Source of the DNA: a bacterium
GTDB taxonomy: Bacteria; Bacillota; Clostridia; Christensenellales; Aristaeellaceae
Length of the DNA stretch: 60,827 nucleotides
Assembly (NCBI GenBank): GCA_963656345.1
Contig: CAVKHY010000001.1
Span: 1 to 60,827 of the forward strand
Direction: 5' to 3'
A model generated the notes under the pieces. The model ran no database searches. It had not been told where the DNA came from and saw only the letters and a list, made by a program, of their open reading frames with translations. Of the stretch, positions 1 to 8,021 are shown one piece after another; position 1 is the stretch's first letter, and each line of letters starts with the position of its first letter. The translations under genes and the position numbers were made by a program.

Positions 1-18
1 AAAGGAGGCACTACGCAC

Positions 19-540
19 ATGACCGGCCGGCAGGCTTTCATCGAAAAGCTTTACCTTGAGCATGCAAACTTCCTTGTCCAGTTGTGTCGCAAACGTACGG
101 GCTACAATCCTTACTGTGTGGACATGATTGACGATTGCGTTCAGGAAACTTTTTTAACGGCACTGACGGCGTGTGATTTATTGATACAGCATGAAAATGT
201 GAGAGGGTGGCTTGCACTGACATGCATTCACCGGCTCCAGTATGCCATCCGGCAGGAAAACTATCAGCAGCACGTCATGACGGCCTTGCTGCGTGAAAGT
301 AAAGTGAATGAAAGTGCCGGCTTCAATCTTGTCGAAGAACAGCAGGAAAGAAAGGAACTGCGTGAGGAGCTTCGAAGGCTGCAATCTCAGCTATCGCCGA
401 AAGAACGAACAATATGGATTGCTTATTTCTGTTATCAACAGACGATGAAGGTGATTGCACTATCACAGGGGATGACGGAAAATCAGGTGAAGTCAGTCAT
501 TCGGCGTATTCGGCGAAAGGCGGGCGCCTTTTTTGGTTAA
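19..540 (+). CDS. RNA polymerase sigma factor, sigma-70 family (ECF-like, 173 aa)
   Basis: AAAGGAGG RBS at 1-8 and ATG at 19. The region-2-like segment is DDCVQETFLTAL. The region-4 HTH is LSPKERTIWIAYFCYQQTMKVIALSQGMTENQVKSVIRRIRRK. Confidence 0.8.
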   Translation: MTGRQAFIEKLYLEHANFLVQLCRKRTGYNPYCVDMIDDCVQETFLTALTACDLLIQHENVRGWLALTCIHRLQYAIRQENYQQHVMTALLRESKVNESAGFNLVEEQQERKELREELRRLQSQLSPKERTIWIAYFCYQQTMKVIALSQGMTENQVKSVIRRIRRKAGAFFG

Positions 541-626
541 TGCTTCTATTGAATATGCTTGAGAAACAGTTTGGCAAATGGATCGCACCAAGGAAGGGGC
601 GGTTCAGCACTTTTTTTTACTCCGGC

Positions 627-654
627 TTGCACAATAAGAAAAATGCGGTATAAT
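627..654 (+). promoter_or_regulatory. Candidate sigma-A promoter for the M15 peptidase genes (TTGCAC-16 nt-TATAAT)
   Basis: TTGCAC at 627-632 and TATAAT at 649-654, about 80 nt upstream of ATG 736. Confidence 0.45.
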
Positions 655-735
655 GTTGCGTGTGTGTTAACTTTTCAGGCCTCCGTGGGGATAGCCTGAT
701 TGTCCCGTGACCTGCACCGAAAGGAGAAACGCCCC

Positions 736-1410
736 ATGGCCGCCTTGCTGACAACCCTTACATCCATTGCAGCTGCAGGAACACTGATGCTGTCTTCTGC
801 CGTAGACGCTGCTGCTCCTCAAAATGATCCGGAGGGCATCTTGCTGGTGAACCGTCAATGGCGCATCAGCGAGGATTATGTGCCAGAGGTTCGCATGACG
901 GATGTGCAGGGGCAGGTGCGCCGCCTCCGTCCCGATGCGGCCACGGCGCTGGAAGAGATGTACGCCGCCGCCAAAGAGGAAATCGGCGTTACCCTGGTTT
1001 CTGTCAGCGGCTATCGCAGCTACAGCAAACAGCAGGCCATCTATAAGCGAAAGCTGAGCAACGTAGGCGGCAGCTATGCCAAGGCAGACGAATATGTGGC
1101 TCGCCCCGGTGCCAGCGAGCACCAATTGGGGCTTGCCATGGATGTGGGGCAGAAGAACAGCAAGGCCGGGCTGACATCCAGCTTCGGCAACACCAAAGGC
1201 GGCCAGTGGCTGCGGGAAAATTGCTATCGGTTTGGCTTTATCCTCCGCTATCAGCAAGGCTGGGAGGAAATCACCGGCTACAATTATGAGCCTTGGCATG
1301 TGCGGTACGTGGGCAAGGAACTGTCCATGAGCATCAAGGAAGCCAACGTGCCCTTGGAAACTTATCTGCTGAGTTTGCGGGAAGAGACCCTGATGAATAT
1401 TGTGAAGTAA
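736..1410 (+). CDS. Peptidase M15B, VanY-like D-alanyl-D-alanine carboxypeptidase (secreted), paralogue 1
   Basis: AAAGGAG RBS precedes ATG 736 and a signal-like N-terminus (MAALLTTLTSIAAAGTLMLSSAVDA). Motifs seen: SGYRSY, GASEHQLGLAMDV (H-x6-D Zn ligands) and EPWHVRYVG. The track ORF starts earlier, at 700. Confidence 0.85.
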   Translation: MAALLTTLTSIAAAGTLMLSSAVDAAAPQNDPEGILLVNRQWRISEDYVPEVRMTDVQGQVRRLRPDAATALEEMYAAAKEEIGVTLVSVSGYRSYSKQQAIYKRKLSNVGGSYAKADEYVARPGASEHQLGLAMDVGQKNSKAGLTSSFGNTKGGQWLRENCYRFGFILRYQQGWEEITGYNYEPWHVRYVGKELSMSIKEANVPLETYLLSLREETLMNIVK

Positions 1411-1422
1411 GAGGTGTGGCGT

Positions 1423-2283
1423 ATGCGGAGGCTGAGCTGTGCGCTGTTGGCGCTGATGATCCTGTGGACATGGATCCCTGCGCTGGGGGAAGAAGAAGGT
1501 TTGCCCACCTATGACGGGCCTGCATGGACCTTCGAGGTGGCTTTGGCAGATATTGATGAAGACCTGCTTATGCTGGCCAACAGCGCTTCCCCTCTGGATG
1601 CGTCCTATGAGCCTTCCGATCTGCGCACCATCACCGCCCGGAAGGATGATGACGACGGCAATAACCTGAATGGTGGCCTGTATCTTGCTTCCGGCGGGGT
1701 GAAGATGCTGCGCAAGTCCGCCTTCAGTGCCGTGACCCAGTTGATGGCAGCCGCCGAAAGCGACGGTGTGACCCTTTTCCTCCGCACGGGCTACCGCTCC
1801 TATGCAGATCAGGCCAAGCTGTATGCCCGGGCGGAGCAGCGCGGCGATGTGTCCGATACTCAGAAGGCCGGGGAGTGCGATTATCAGACGGGTTTGGCGG
1901 TCACCCTGGTAGGTCGGGATACCCGTGGCACGGCGCTGACCACGGATTTTGCTTCCACCACGGAAGGTCAGTGGCTGCAGAAGAACGCCGCCCGCTACGG
2001 TTTCATCTTCCGCTATCCTCAGGGGAAGGAAGATGTGACAGGCTATGGTTGGGAGCCATGGCATCTGCGGTTTGTGGGCTTTGCCGTGGCGGAGTATATT
2101 CAGCAGAACAACCTGACCTTGGAAGAGTTTGTGGAAGAACTGAACGTTGCCTATGATGAGTTTGCGGCTAACGGCGGCGACGTGGAGCAGGCCATGAACT
2201 CCGTTCGTCTGCCCAAGGGTGCAGTGGAATTGGAGCTGGAAGGCCCTGACGGGGATAAGGAGATCACCATCTTCCACGATTAA
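1423..2283 (+). CDS. M15B/VanY-like protein with degenerate metal site, paralogue 2
   Basis: AGAGGTG RBS then ATG 1423; the track start at 1414 is a GTG. TGYRSY and EPWHLRFVG are retained. The SxHxxGxAxD motif instead reads ECDYQTGLAVTL, so His is Tyr and Asp is Thr. Confidence 0.8.
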   Translation: MRRLSCALLALMILWTWIPALGEEEGLPTYDGPAWTFEVALADIDEDLLMLANSASPLDASYEPSDLRTITARKDDDDGNNLNGGLYLASGGVKMLRKSAFSAVTQLMAAAESDGVTLFLRTGYRSYADQAKLYARAEQRGDVSDTQKAGECDYQTGLAVTLVGRDTRGTALTTDFASTTEGQWLQKNAARYGFIFRYPQGKEDVTGYGWEPWHLRFVGFAVAEYIQQNNLTLEEFVEELNVAYDEFAANGGDVEQAMNSVRLPKGAVELELEGPDGDKEITIFHD

Positions 2284-2314
2284 ACTGAAGCTGCCCATGA
2301 AACAAGGAGTGAAC

Positions 2315-3175
2315 ATGGATAAGAAACGTTTGCTGAGCCTGATGTGCGCCGGTGTGCTGCTTCTTCCTGCTATTGGCCTTGGGGAAGAGGAGGATGAAGA
2401 GGTTTCCTTTGCGGATGTATCCGGGCTGGACTTGGAAATTGAAGTCACCTATGATGATGTGGAATGGAATTTCCCCGTGGATCTGCAGGATATGGAGCCG
2501 GACAAGATTGTGCTTGCCAATAAAGAAATGCTACTGAGTAAGGACTTTGTTTCCGAGCCCCTGGTTTCCATTCCTGCCCGGAAGGCGGACAAGGATGACA
2601 ACAACACCAACAACGGCGTGCTGAAGGCTTCTTCCGGCAAGATGCAGCTGCAAAAAGACTGCGCTGCTGCACTGGTGGCCATGTGCGAAGCCGCCCGGGA
2701 TGAGGGACTATATCTTTATCTGAAGAGCGCTTATCGTTCTTACCAGACGCAAAATACCATGTATTATAATCGGCTGAAGAAAAACAATGGTAAGGATGAT
2801 GGCTGGGTTTCCAAGCCCGGCGCCAGTGACCATCAAACCGGATTGGGATGCGACGTGGTGCCGAAAAGCTGGCGGGATAAATCCATGAATTCCAACATGG
2901 CTTCCACCGAGGAGTGCCAGTGGATGGCTGCACACTGTGCGGAATACGGCTTCATTATCCGCTATCCGGAGGATAAGGAAGATATTACGGAAATCAACTA
3001 CGAGCCATGGCACCTGCGGTATGTGGGGGTGCCGGCAGCAACCTACATCATGGAAAACGGTCTGTGCCTGGAGGAATTCCATGATCAGCTGCAGGCGGCC
3101 ATTGATGAATTCCTTGCGGCCGGGGGCAATCGCTCTCTGGTGGAAAAGTTCATTCAGGTCTCGGCGGAAAATTAA
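2315..3175 (+). CDS. Peptidase M15B, VanY-like D-alanyl-D-alanine carboxypeptidase (secreted), paralogue 3
   Basis: AAGGAG RBS then ATG 2315. Signal peptide is MDKKRLLSLMCAGVLLLPAIG. Motifs SAYRSY, GASDHQTGLGCDV and EPWHLRYVG are intact. It shares its N- and C-terminal architecture with paralogue 2. Confidence 0.85.
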   Translation: MDKKRLLSLMCAGVLLLPAIGLGEEEDEEVSFADVSGLDLEIEVTYDDVEWNFPVDLQDMEPDKIVLANKEMLLSKDFVSEPLVSIPARKADKDDNNTNNGVLKASSGKMQLQKDCAAALVAMCEAARDEGLYLYLKSAYRSYQTQNTMYYNRLKKNNGKDDGWVSKPGASDHQTGLGCDVVPKSWRDKSMNSNMASTEECQWMAAHCAEYGFIIRYPEDKEDITEINYEPWHLRYVGVPAATYIMENGLCLEEFHDQLQAAIDEFLAAGGNRSLVEKFIQVSAEN

Positions 3176-3188
3176 AGAATAAGATGGT

Positions 3189-3225
3189 ATCCCTTCTGAC
3201 TGCGAGCGTCGGAAGGGATTTTTTA
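3189..3225 (+). terminator. Intrinsic terminator after the M15 gene trio
   Basis: Stem ATCCCTTC / GAAGGGAT followed by TTTTT. Confidence 0.7.
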
Positions 3226-3303
3226 TGCGGAGGAAGAGGGTTTCTTTTCACCCTTTTTGTCGTGAAATGCACGATGAAAACCATGAATGTTACAGAAATT
3301 ATC

Positions 3304-3332
3304 TTGACACTGTAACAATTCTGTAATAGAAT
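3304..3332 (+). promoter_or_regulatory. Candidate sigma-A promoter (TTGACA-17 nt-TAGAAT) for the SH3-repeat protein gene
   Basis: TTGACA at 3304-3309 and TAGAAT at 3327-3332, about 60 nt upstream of ATG 3394. Confidence 0.55.
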
Positions 3333-3393
3333 AAAGTCATCCCCTTGTATCTCTTACGGTGGTAAGGGACGGAAAGAAGACTGAGGTGCGATC

Positions 3394-6300
3394 ATGATGA
3401 AGTATGGGTGGAAGCGGTTTGCCGCAGCGGCTGTGGCTCTTGTAATGCTGACGAGCCTTTTGCCCCTGGTGACGGGTCATTCCTCCGCCAAGGCGGTGGG
3501 AACCTATGGCAAAACCATTGCCAACGGTGTCCGTGTGCGCAAGCAGCCCAGCACCACAGCGGACTATTGGTTCCGGATTGATATGGGTTATGTGTGCGAG
3601 CTGATGGATACCGTCACATCGGAAGGCCTTACCTGGTACAAGGTCACGGTGGAGCATCCGGATGACGGCAATACCCGGACGTACGTGGGCTATATCCACG
3701 GGGATTATTTCACCCCCATGACCGAGGCGGAAGCCATTGCGTGGGAAGCCAATCCCGTGCAGCCTGGTAAAACCACGGCTTCTTCTACCGCCGGTTCCAC
3801 GACAACGAATACAACAACGACAAATACCACAGCCGCTACCGGCGCAACCGGTACCATTACCAACGGCGGTGTGAATTTCCGACAAACGGAAGGCGGCTCT
3901 GTGCTGGCCAAGCTGGATCGGGGAACCATTGTGGAGCTGCTCAGCATTCCTTCCACCATTGATGCCAATCACTGGTATCGTGTCCGCTATAACAATCAGG
4001 AAGGCTACATTCAGGCGCCTTTCATTCGGGTGAACGGCAGCACGGTAACAGCCGTGCCTTCCACAGTGACCGCTGTGCCCAGCGTGGTCACAGCAACTCC
4101 TGTCCCTTCCAGCTATGTGAAGCTGATTCTTTCCAGCGCTAACCTGCGTACCGCCCCCGGCGGCAAGGTGGCTGCTCAGTGGGAAAACACCGGAGAGATT
4201 CTGGCCGTAACCGGCAGCAGTGTAACCACCGGCGGCTATACCTGGTATCCTGTTACGTACAACGGTGGTGCTTACTATGTCCGTGGGGACTGCGTGCAGG
4301 TGGTGTCCTCTGCGGATGGTTCCGTGACGCCTACCCCGGTGCCCACGGTTGTGCCGACCGCTGTAGTTACCGCAACTCCTCAGACGAATGCGACCTATGT
4401 GAAGCTGATTCTTTCCAGTGCCAACCTGCGTACCGCCCCCGGCGGCAAGGTGGCCGCTCAGTGGGAAACCACCGGGGAAATCCTGCTGGTGACCGGCACA
4501 GCCGTAACGACGGAAGGCTATACCTGGTATCCCATTACCTATCAGGGCGGTACCTATTATGTCCGTGGGGACTGCGTGCAGGTAGTGTCCTCTGCGGACG
4601 GTTCTGTGACGCCTACCCCGGTTGTTACCGCACAAATTACCACTGTAGGCTATGTGAAGACCATCAAGAGCAACGTGAACCTGCGGCTTCAGCCATCGGG
4701 TGAATATATTCAGCAGGTGCCCAGCAATCAGGTGCTGACCCTGCTGGCCAATCCCGTCACATCCGGCGGATACACCTGGTATTACGTACTGGTGGGCAAT
4801 GTGAAGGGCTATCTCCGTGGGGACTGCGTGCAGGAATGCGATGCCTACGGCAATGCAACCGCCGTGGTGACGGCAACGCCGAGCGTGACGGTCACGCCTA
4901 CCGTGTCCAACTACGGCTATATCAAGCTGATTTCTGACAAGGTGAATCTGCGGAATAAGCCGGCAGGCTCCTCTCTGGAACAGCTGGGCATCGACCTGGT
5001 GCTGCCTGTGATCGGCGCAACGGTCACCAGCGGTAATTACGTGTGGTATCCGGTAAGAACCACCAGCGGAACTACCGGCTATGTGCGGGGTGACTGCGCT
5101 GTGCTTACCGACAATAACGGCACGGACGTAACGCCTACGCCTACCGCCACGGGAAACAGCAGTACCACCGGATATGGTTACGCCATGGTCACCAAGTCCA
5201 GCACCAATGTGCGGAAAACCCCGGGCGGTGCGTCTACCGGCACGGTCAATAAGAATACGGTGTGGCCCATGACAGGCACGACGACTACCTCCGGCGGCTA
5301 TACCTGGTATCCTGTGAACGTAAACGGCACAACCGGCTACATTCGCGGCGACTGCGCCTTTAAGCTCAGTGCCGAACAGGAAGCCAGCTACATTGCCGGC
5401 AATGGCGTGTCCACGGTAACGCCTACGCCGACTCCGGCGTCCAGTACTTACGTGATTACCACTCTGGATAAGGTAAACCTCCGTGCCTCCGCCTCCAAGG
5501 ATGCAGCAGCTCCCTACAACATCAGCATCAATACGGTGATGGCGTATAATTCCACCGCTACCGTAGGCGGCAGCCTGTGGTATCGTGTGGTGTACAGCAA
5601 CACGGAAGTGTGGGTGCTGGGCAGCTGCGTGAAGGTGATGACGGAGGCAGAATATCAGGCCTATATTGCCAGCCAGCCTGCGACGACTCCCCAGGCAGAG
5701 GTGATTAAAGGCTACGTGCGTACCACCTCCAATGGTGTTAACCTGCGCACCACAGCCAATGGTGCGAATATCATCGGCCGCATTGACAAGGGCGTGGTCA
5801 TGAGCTATTCTCAGGATCCTGTAACGGTGCGGAACTATACCTGGTATTACGTGAAGACCTCCCTGGGCTACGGATATCTTCGCGGCGATTGTCTGGTAGT
5901 TTGCAACCAGGATGGCAGCGATGTGGCAACGCCTACCCCCACGGTCACCAGTAATGAGGGCAAGCAGGAAGCAACCTATACCACCCTGAAGAAGGGTTCC
6001 AGTGGTACAGCTGTGAAGGCGTTGGTAACAGAGCTGAAGACTCAGGGCTACTACACCGGCAGCATTACCAGCAGCTACACCAGTGCCGTGGAGGCCGCTG
6101 TGCGTGCCTTCCAGACGGCTAAGGGATTGACGGTGGACGGCATTGCCGGCAAGAATACCCAGCATGCTCTGTTCAATACGGTGGAGCCCGGCACTTCCGA
6201 TACCTCCAATCTGACCATGGCTATTTATCCGGCTGAGAAGATTGACTGGTACACCGGCGGTATCCAGCAGCTGTGGCCGAAGGGATCCAATTTCAAGGTT

Positions 6301-6681
6301 TATGACGTGAAGACCGGCATCGTCTGGTGGGCACACCGCTGGTCCGGCGGCAACCACGTGGACGCAGAGCCCCTGACGGCTGCAGACACGGCACGGCTGT
6401 GCAAGATCTATGGCGTCAGCAACGCAGACCAGATTGCTTCCAAGAACCTGTGGCAGCGTCGACCTTGCTTGGTGACCATCGGTACCCGCACCTTTGCCTG
6501 CTCGCTGTATGGCATTCCTCACAACTACCCGGATGGCGACACCATTTCCAACAACAACTTCAAGGGTCAGTTGTGCATCCACTTTACCAACAGTAAGACT
6601 CACGCGTCTAACAAGGTAGACACCTACCATACCGAGGCCATCCAGTATGCCTACGAGCATGCACCTAACGGACACAAGTAA
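3394..6681 (+). CDS. Secreted cell-wall-associated protein: 9 bacterial SH3-like repeats, a PG_binding_1-like domain and a C-terminal Cys/His domain of unknown function (1095 aa)
   Basis: Signal peptide is MMKYGWKRFAAAAVALVMLTSLLPLVTGHSSAKA. Nine units of about 65 aa follow the pattern GYVK..VNLR..P.G......G..L.V......GYTWY.V...G..GY.RGDCV, joined by T/P/V-rich linkers. The PG-binding-like segment is LKKGSSGTAVKALVTELKTQGYYTG...AVRAFQTAKGLTVDGIAGKNTQHALF. The last ~150 aa are unassigned. Confidence 0.85.
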   Translation: MMKYGWKRFAAAAVALVMLTSLLPLVTGHSSAKAVGTYGKTIANGVRVRKQPSTTADYWFRIDMGYVCELMDTVTSEGLTWYKVTVEHPDDGNTRTYVGYIHGDYFTPMTEAEAIAWEANPVQPGKTTASSTAGSTTTNTTTTNTTAATGATGTITNGGVNFRQTEGGSVLAKLDRGTIVELLSIPSTIDANHWYRVRYNNQEGYIQAPFIRVNGSTVTAVPSTVTAVPSVVTATPVPSSYVKLILSSANLRTAPGGKVAAQWENTGEILAVTGSSVTTGGYTWYPVTYNGGAYYVRGDCVQVVSSADGSVTPTPVPTVVPTAVVTATPQTNATYVKLILSSANLRTAPGGKVAAQWETTGEILLVTGTAVTTEGYTWYPITYQGGTYYVRGDCVQVVSSADGSVTPTPVVTAQITTVGYVKTIKSNVNLRLQPSGEYIQQVPSNQVLTLLANPVTSGGYTWYYVLVGNVKGYLRGDCVQECDAYGNATAVVTATPSVTVTPTVSNYGYIKLISDKVNLRNKPAGSSLEQLGIDLVLPVIGATVTSGNYVWYPVRTTSGTTGYVRGDCAVLTDNNGTDVTPTPTATGNSSTTGYGYAMVTKSSTNVRKTPGGASTGTVNKNTVWPMTGTTTTSGGYTWYPVNVNGTTGYIRGDCAFKLSAEQEASYIAGNGVSTVTPTPTPASSTYVITTLDKVNLRASASKDAAAPYNISINTVMAYNSTATVGGSLWYRVVYSNTEVWVLGSCVKVMTEAEYQAYIASQPATTPQAEVIKGYVRTTSNGVNLRTTANGANIIGRIDKGVVMSYSQDPVTVRNYTWYYVKTSLGYGYLRGDCLVVCNQDGSDVATPTPTVTSNEGKQEATYTTLKKGSSGTAVKALVTELKTQGYYTGSITSSYTSAVEAAVRAFQTAKGLTVDGIAGKNTQHALFNTVEPGTSDTSNLTMAIYPAEKIDWYTGGIQQLWPKGSNFKVYDVKTGIVWWAHRWSGGNHVDAEPLTAADTARLCKIYGVSNADQIASKNLWQRRPCLVTIGTRTFACSLYGIPHNYPDGDTISNNNFKGQLCIHFTNSKTHASNKVDTYHTEAIQYAYEHAPNGHK
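4114..4620 (+). repeat. Intragenic tandem duplication (period 282 nt) of one SH3 unit plus linker
   Basis: 4114-4338 and 4396-4620 are near-identical at nucleotide level. They encode YVKLILSSANLRTAPGGKVAAQWE(N/T)TGEIL...VRGDCVQVVSSADGSVTPTPV. Confidence 0.85.
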
Positions 6682-6689
6682 AAAACAGA

Positions 6690-6728
6690 GAGCTGCGGAA
6701 GAGGAAAACTTCCGCAGCTCCGTCTTTT
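6690..6728. terminator. Bidirectional intrinsic terminator between the convergent SH3-protein gene and anmK operon
   Basis: 12-bp stem GAGCTGCGGAAG / CTTCCGCAGCTC. It is flanked by an A-run upstream and CGTCTTTT downstream. Confidence 0.7.
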
Positions 6729-6824
6729 CATCAAGGAAAGTGCAAACATTCATCAACGCAGCAAGTGAAGCGCAAAAAATACCAGCCGCGAGCGGTTTAT
6801 CATCGCATGCGACTGGCGATTTTT

Positions 6825-8012
6825 TCATAGACTGATTTTTCCCATCACCACACCCTTGGTTGCTCCGGTTACGGATGGCATGTTGTTGCATCCGGCGAAG
6901 ACGGCTTCATTGGCTAGCACGGCAAAGGCCACAGCCTCTTTCGCATTGCTATCGTACCCCAGCTGTTCATTGGTCATGACCTGGCAGGCAGGTAAGGCAG
7001 CCCCAATGTCCTTCAGCAGGGTGGCGTTCATGCTGCCACCGCCGCCGATGATCAGCTCATCCGGCTTCACAGGGAAGAAGTGCTCCACACTGTAGGCAAT
7101 GGTAGCGGCGGTAAAGGCGGTGACGGTTGCCATCAGATCCTCGTCCGTCAAGCAGCGAGCCTTGGCTTCCGTCATGATGCGTTTCACGTAGGCCGGGCCA
7201 TAGTATTCGCGGCCGGTGGTTTTTGGAGGCTGGCGGCGAATGTACTCGTCATCCATCATCAGGTTCAGCAGGGATTGATTGATCTGCCCCTTGGCGGCAA
7301 AAGCGCCTCCTTCGTCAAACCGCTTTTCTCCATGGGTGATTGCGCCGTACACTGCATCCATCACCATGTTGCCGGGGCCGGTGTCGAAGGCAAAAACCTC
7401 CTCCGGCTTGCAGGCAGGGGGCAGGCAGGTAATGTTGCCGATGCCGCCGATGTTTTGCAGAGCAATACACTTGGTCTCGCTGCGGTAGATAAGGTATTCG
7501 CTGTAGGGCACCAACGGTGCGCCTAAGCCTCCGGCGGCTACATCCCGTACCCGGAAATCGCCCACCACAGGGCAACCGAAGGCTTCCGTCAATACGGAGC
7601 ATTCCCCTAATTGCAGGGTGCTGCGGAAGGTTTGCCCCAGGTAGGATTCCGGCTGCGGAATGTGCCACAAGGTCTGCCCATGGCTGCCAATCAGGTCGAT
7701 GTCCTTCGGCGATACACTACATTCACGGCACAGCCGCAAAGAAGTTTCCGCATACAGCCGCCCCAGCAGGAAATTGATTCGGCAGAAATCTGCTGCCGTG
7801 GCTTCCTTCCCTCCAGCCAGGCGAAGAATTTCTTCCCGCACGCAGGTGTCAAAGGAATCAAAAACAAAGCCCAGCTGTTCCACCTTGGTGGCTGTGCCAT
7901 GGCCGGTAATGCGGCACAATGCCGCATCCACCCCGTCTGCCGAAGTGCCGGACATGAGCCCGATCACGAGCCGGACGGGCTTTTCCATCAGTGCTACCAG
8001 CGGATGTTGCAT
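6825..8012 (-). CDS. anmK: Anhydro-N-acetylmuramic acid kinase
   Basis: N-terminal VIGLMSGTSADGVDAAL signature and a length of 395 aa. A GAGGTGA RBS overlaps the upstream stop codon. Confidence 0.9.
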   Translation of the reverse strand: MQHPLVALMEKPVRLVIGLMSGTSADGVDAALCRITGHGTATKVEQLGFVFDSFDTCVREEILRLAGGKEATAADFCRINFLLGRLYAETSLRLCRECSVSPKDIDLIGSHGQTLWHIPQPESYLGQTFRSTLQLGECSVLTEAFGCPVVGDFRVRDVAAGGLGAPLVPYSEYLIYRSETKCIALQNIGGIGNITCLPPACKPEEVFAFDTGPGNMVMDAVYGAITHGEKRFDEGGAFAAKGQINQSLLNLMMDDEYIRRQPPKTTGREYYGPAYVKRIMTEAKARCLTDEDLMATVTAFTAATIAYSVEHFFPVKPDELIIGGGGSMNATLLKDIGAALPACQVMTNEQLGYDSNAKEAVAFAVLANEAVFAGCNNMPSVTGATKGVVMGKISL

Positions 8013-8021
8013 ATCATCACC

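Noticed and set aside
540-653. 37-codon ORF (MLLLNMLEKQFGKWIAPRKGRFSTFFYSGLHNKKNAV) overlapping the sigma factor stop as TAATG. It was considered as a possible mini anti-sigma factor.
   Set aside because: It has no TM segment, no zinc-binding HxxxCxxC motif and no anti-sigma signature. Its 3' end overlaps the predicted promoter of the next gene. Chance overlap is the more likely explanation. It would be worth checking only with ribosome profiling.
667-2448. 593-aa minus-strand ORF over the M15 peptidase genes. Similar long antisense ORFs occur at 14822-16507, 17753-19171, 29985-31058, 33783-35594, 36175-38244, 38066-39361, 45069-46160, 50391-51482 and 55072-56403.
   Set aside because: Each lies opposite a CDS with strong family signatures and proper RBS or operon logic. 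Their products are compositionally biased and motif-free.
3394-6681. Periodic repeats that might be mistaken for a CRISPR or satellite array
   Set aside because: The repeats are about 200-280 nt coding units (SH3 domains) in one long reading frame. Apart from one recent duplication, they are similar at protein level rather than DNA level. There is no short direct-repeat/spacer organisation.
3337-6891. 1184-aa ORF on the minus strand spanning the whole SH3-protein locus
   Set aside because: It is antisense to a CDS with clear domain structure. Its translation is low-complexity and rich in R/G/A/H, with no recognisable motifs. This is a typical shadow ORF in GC-rich DNA.
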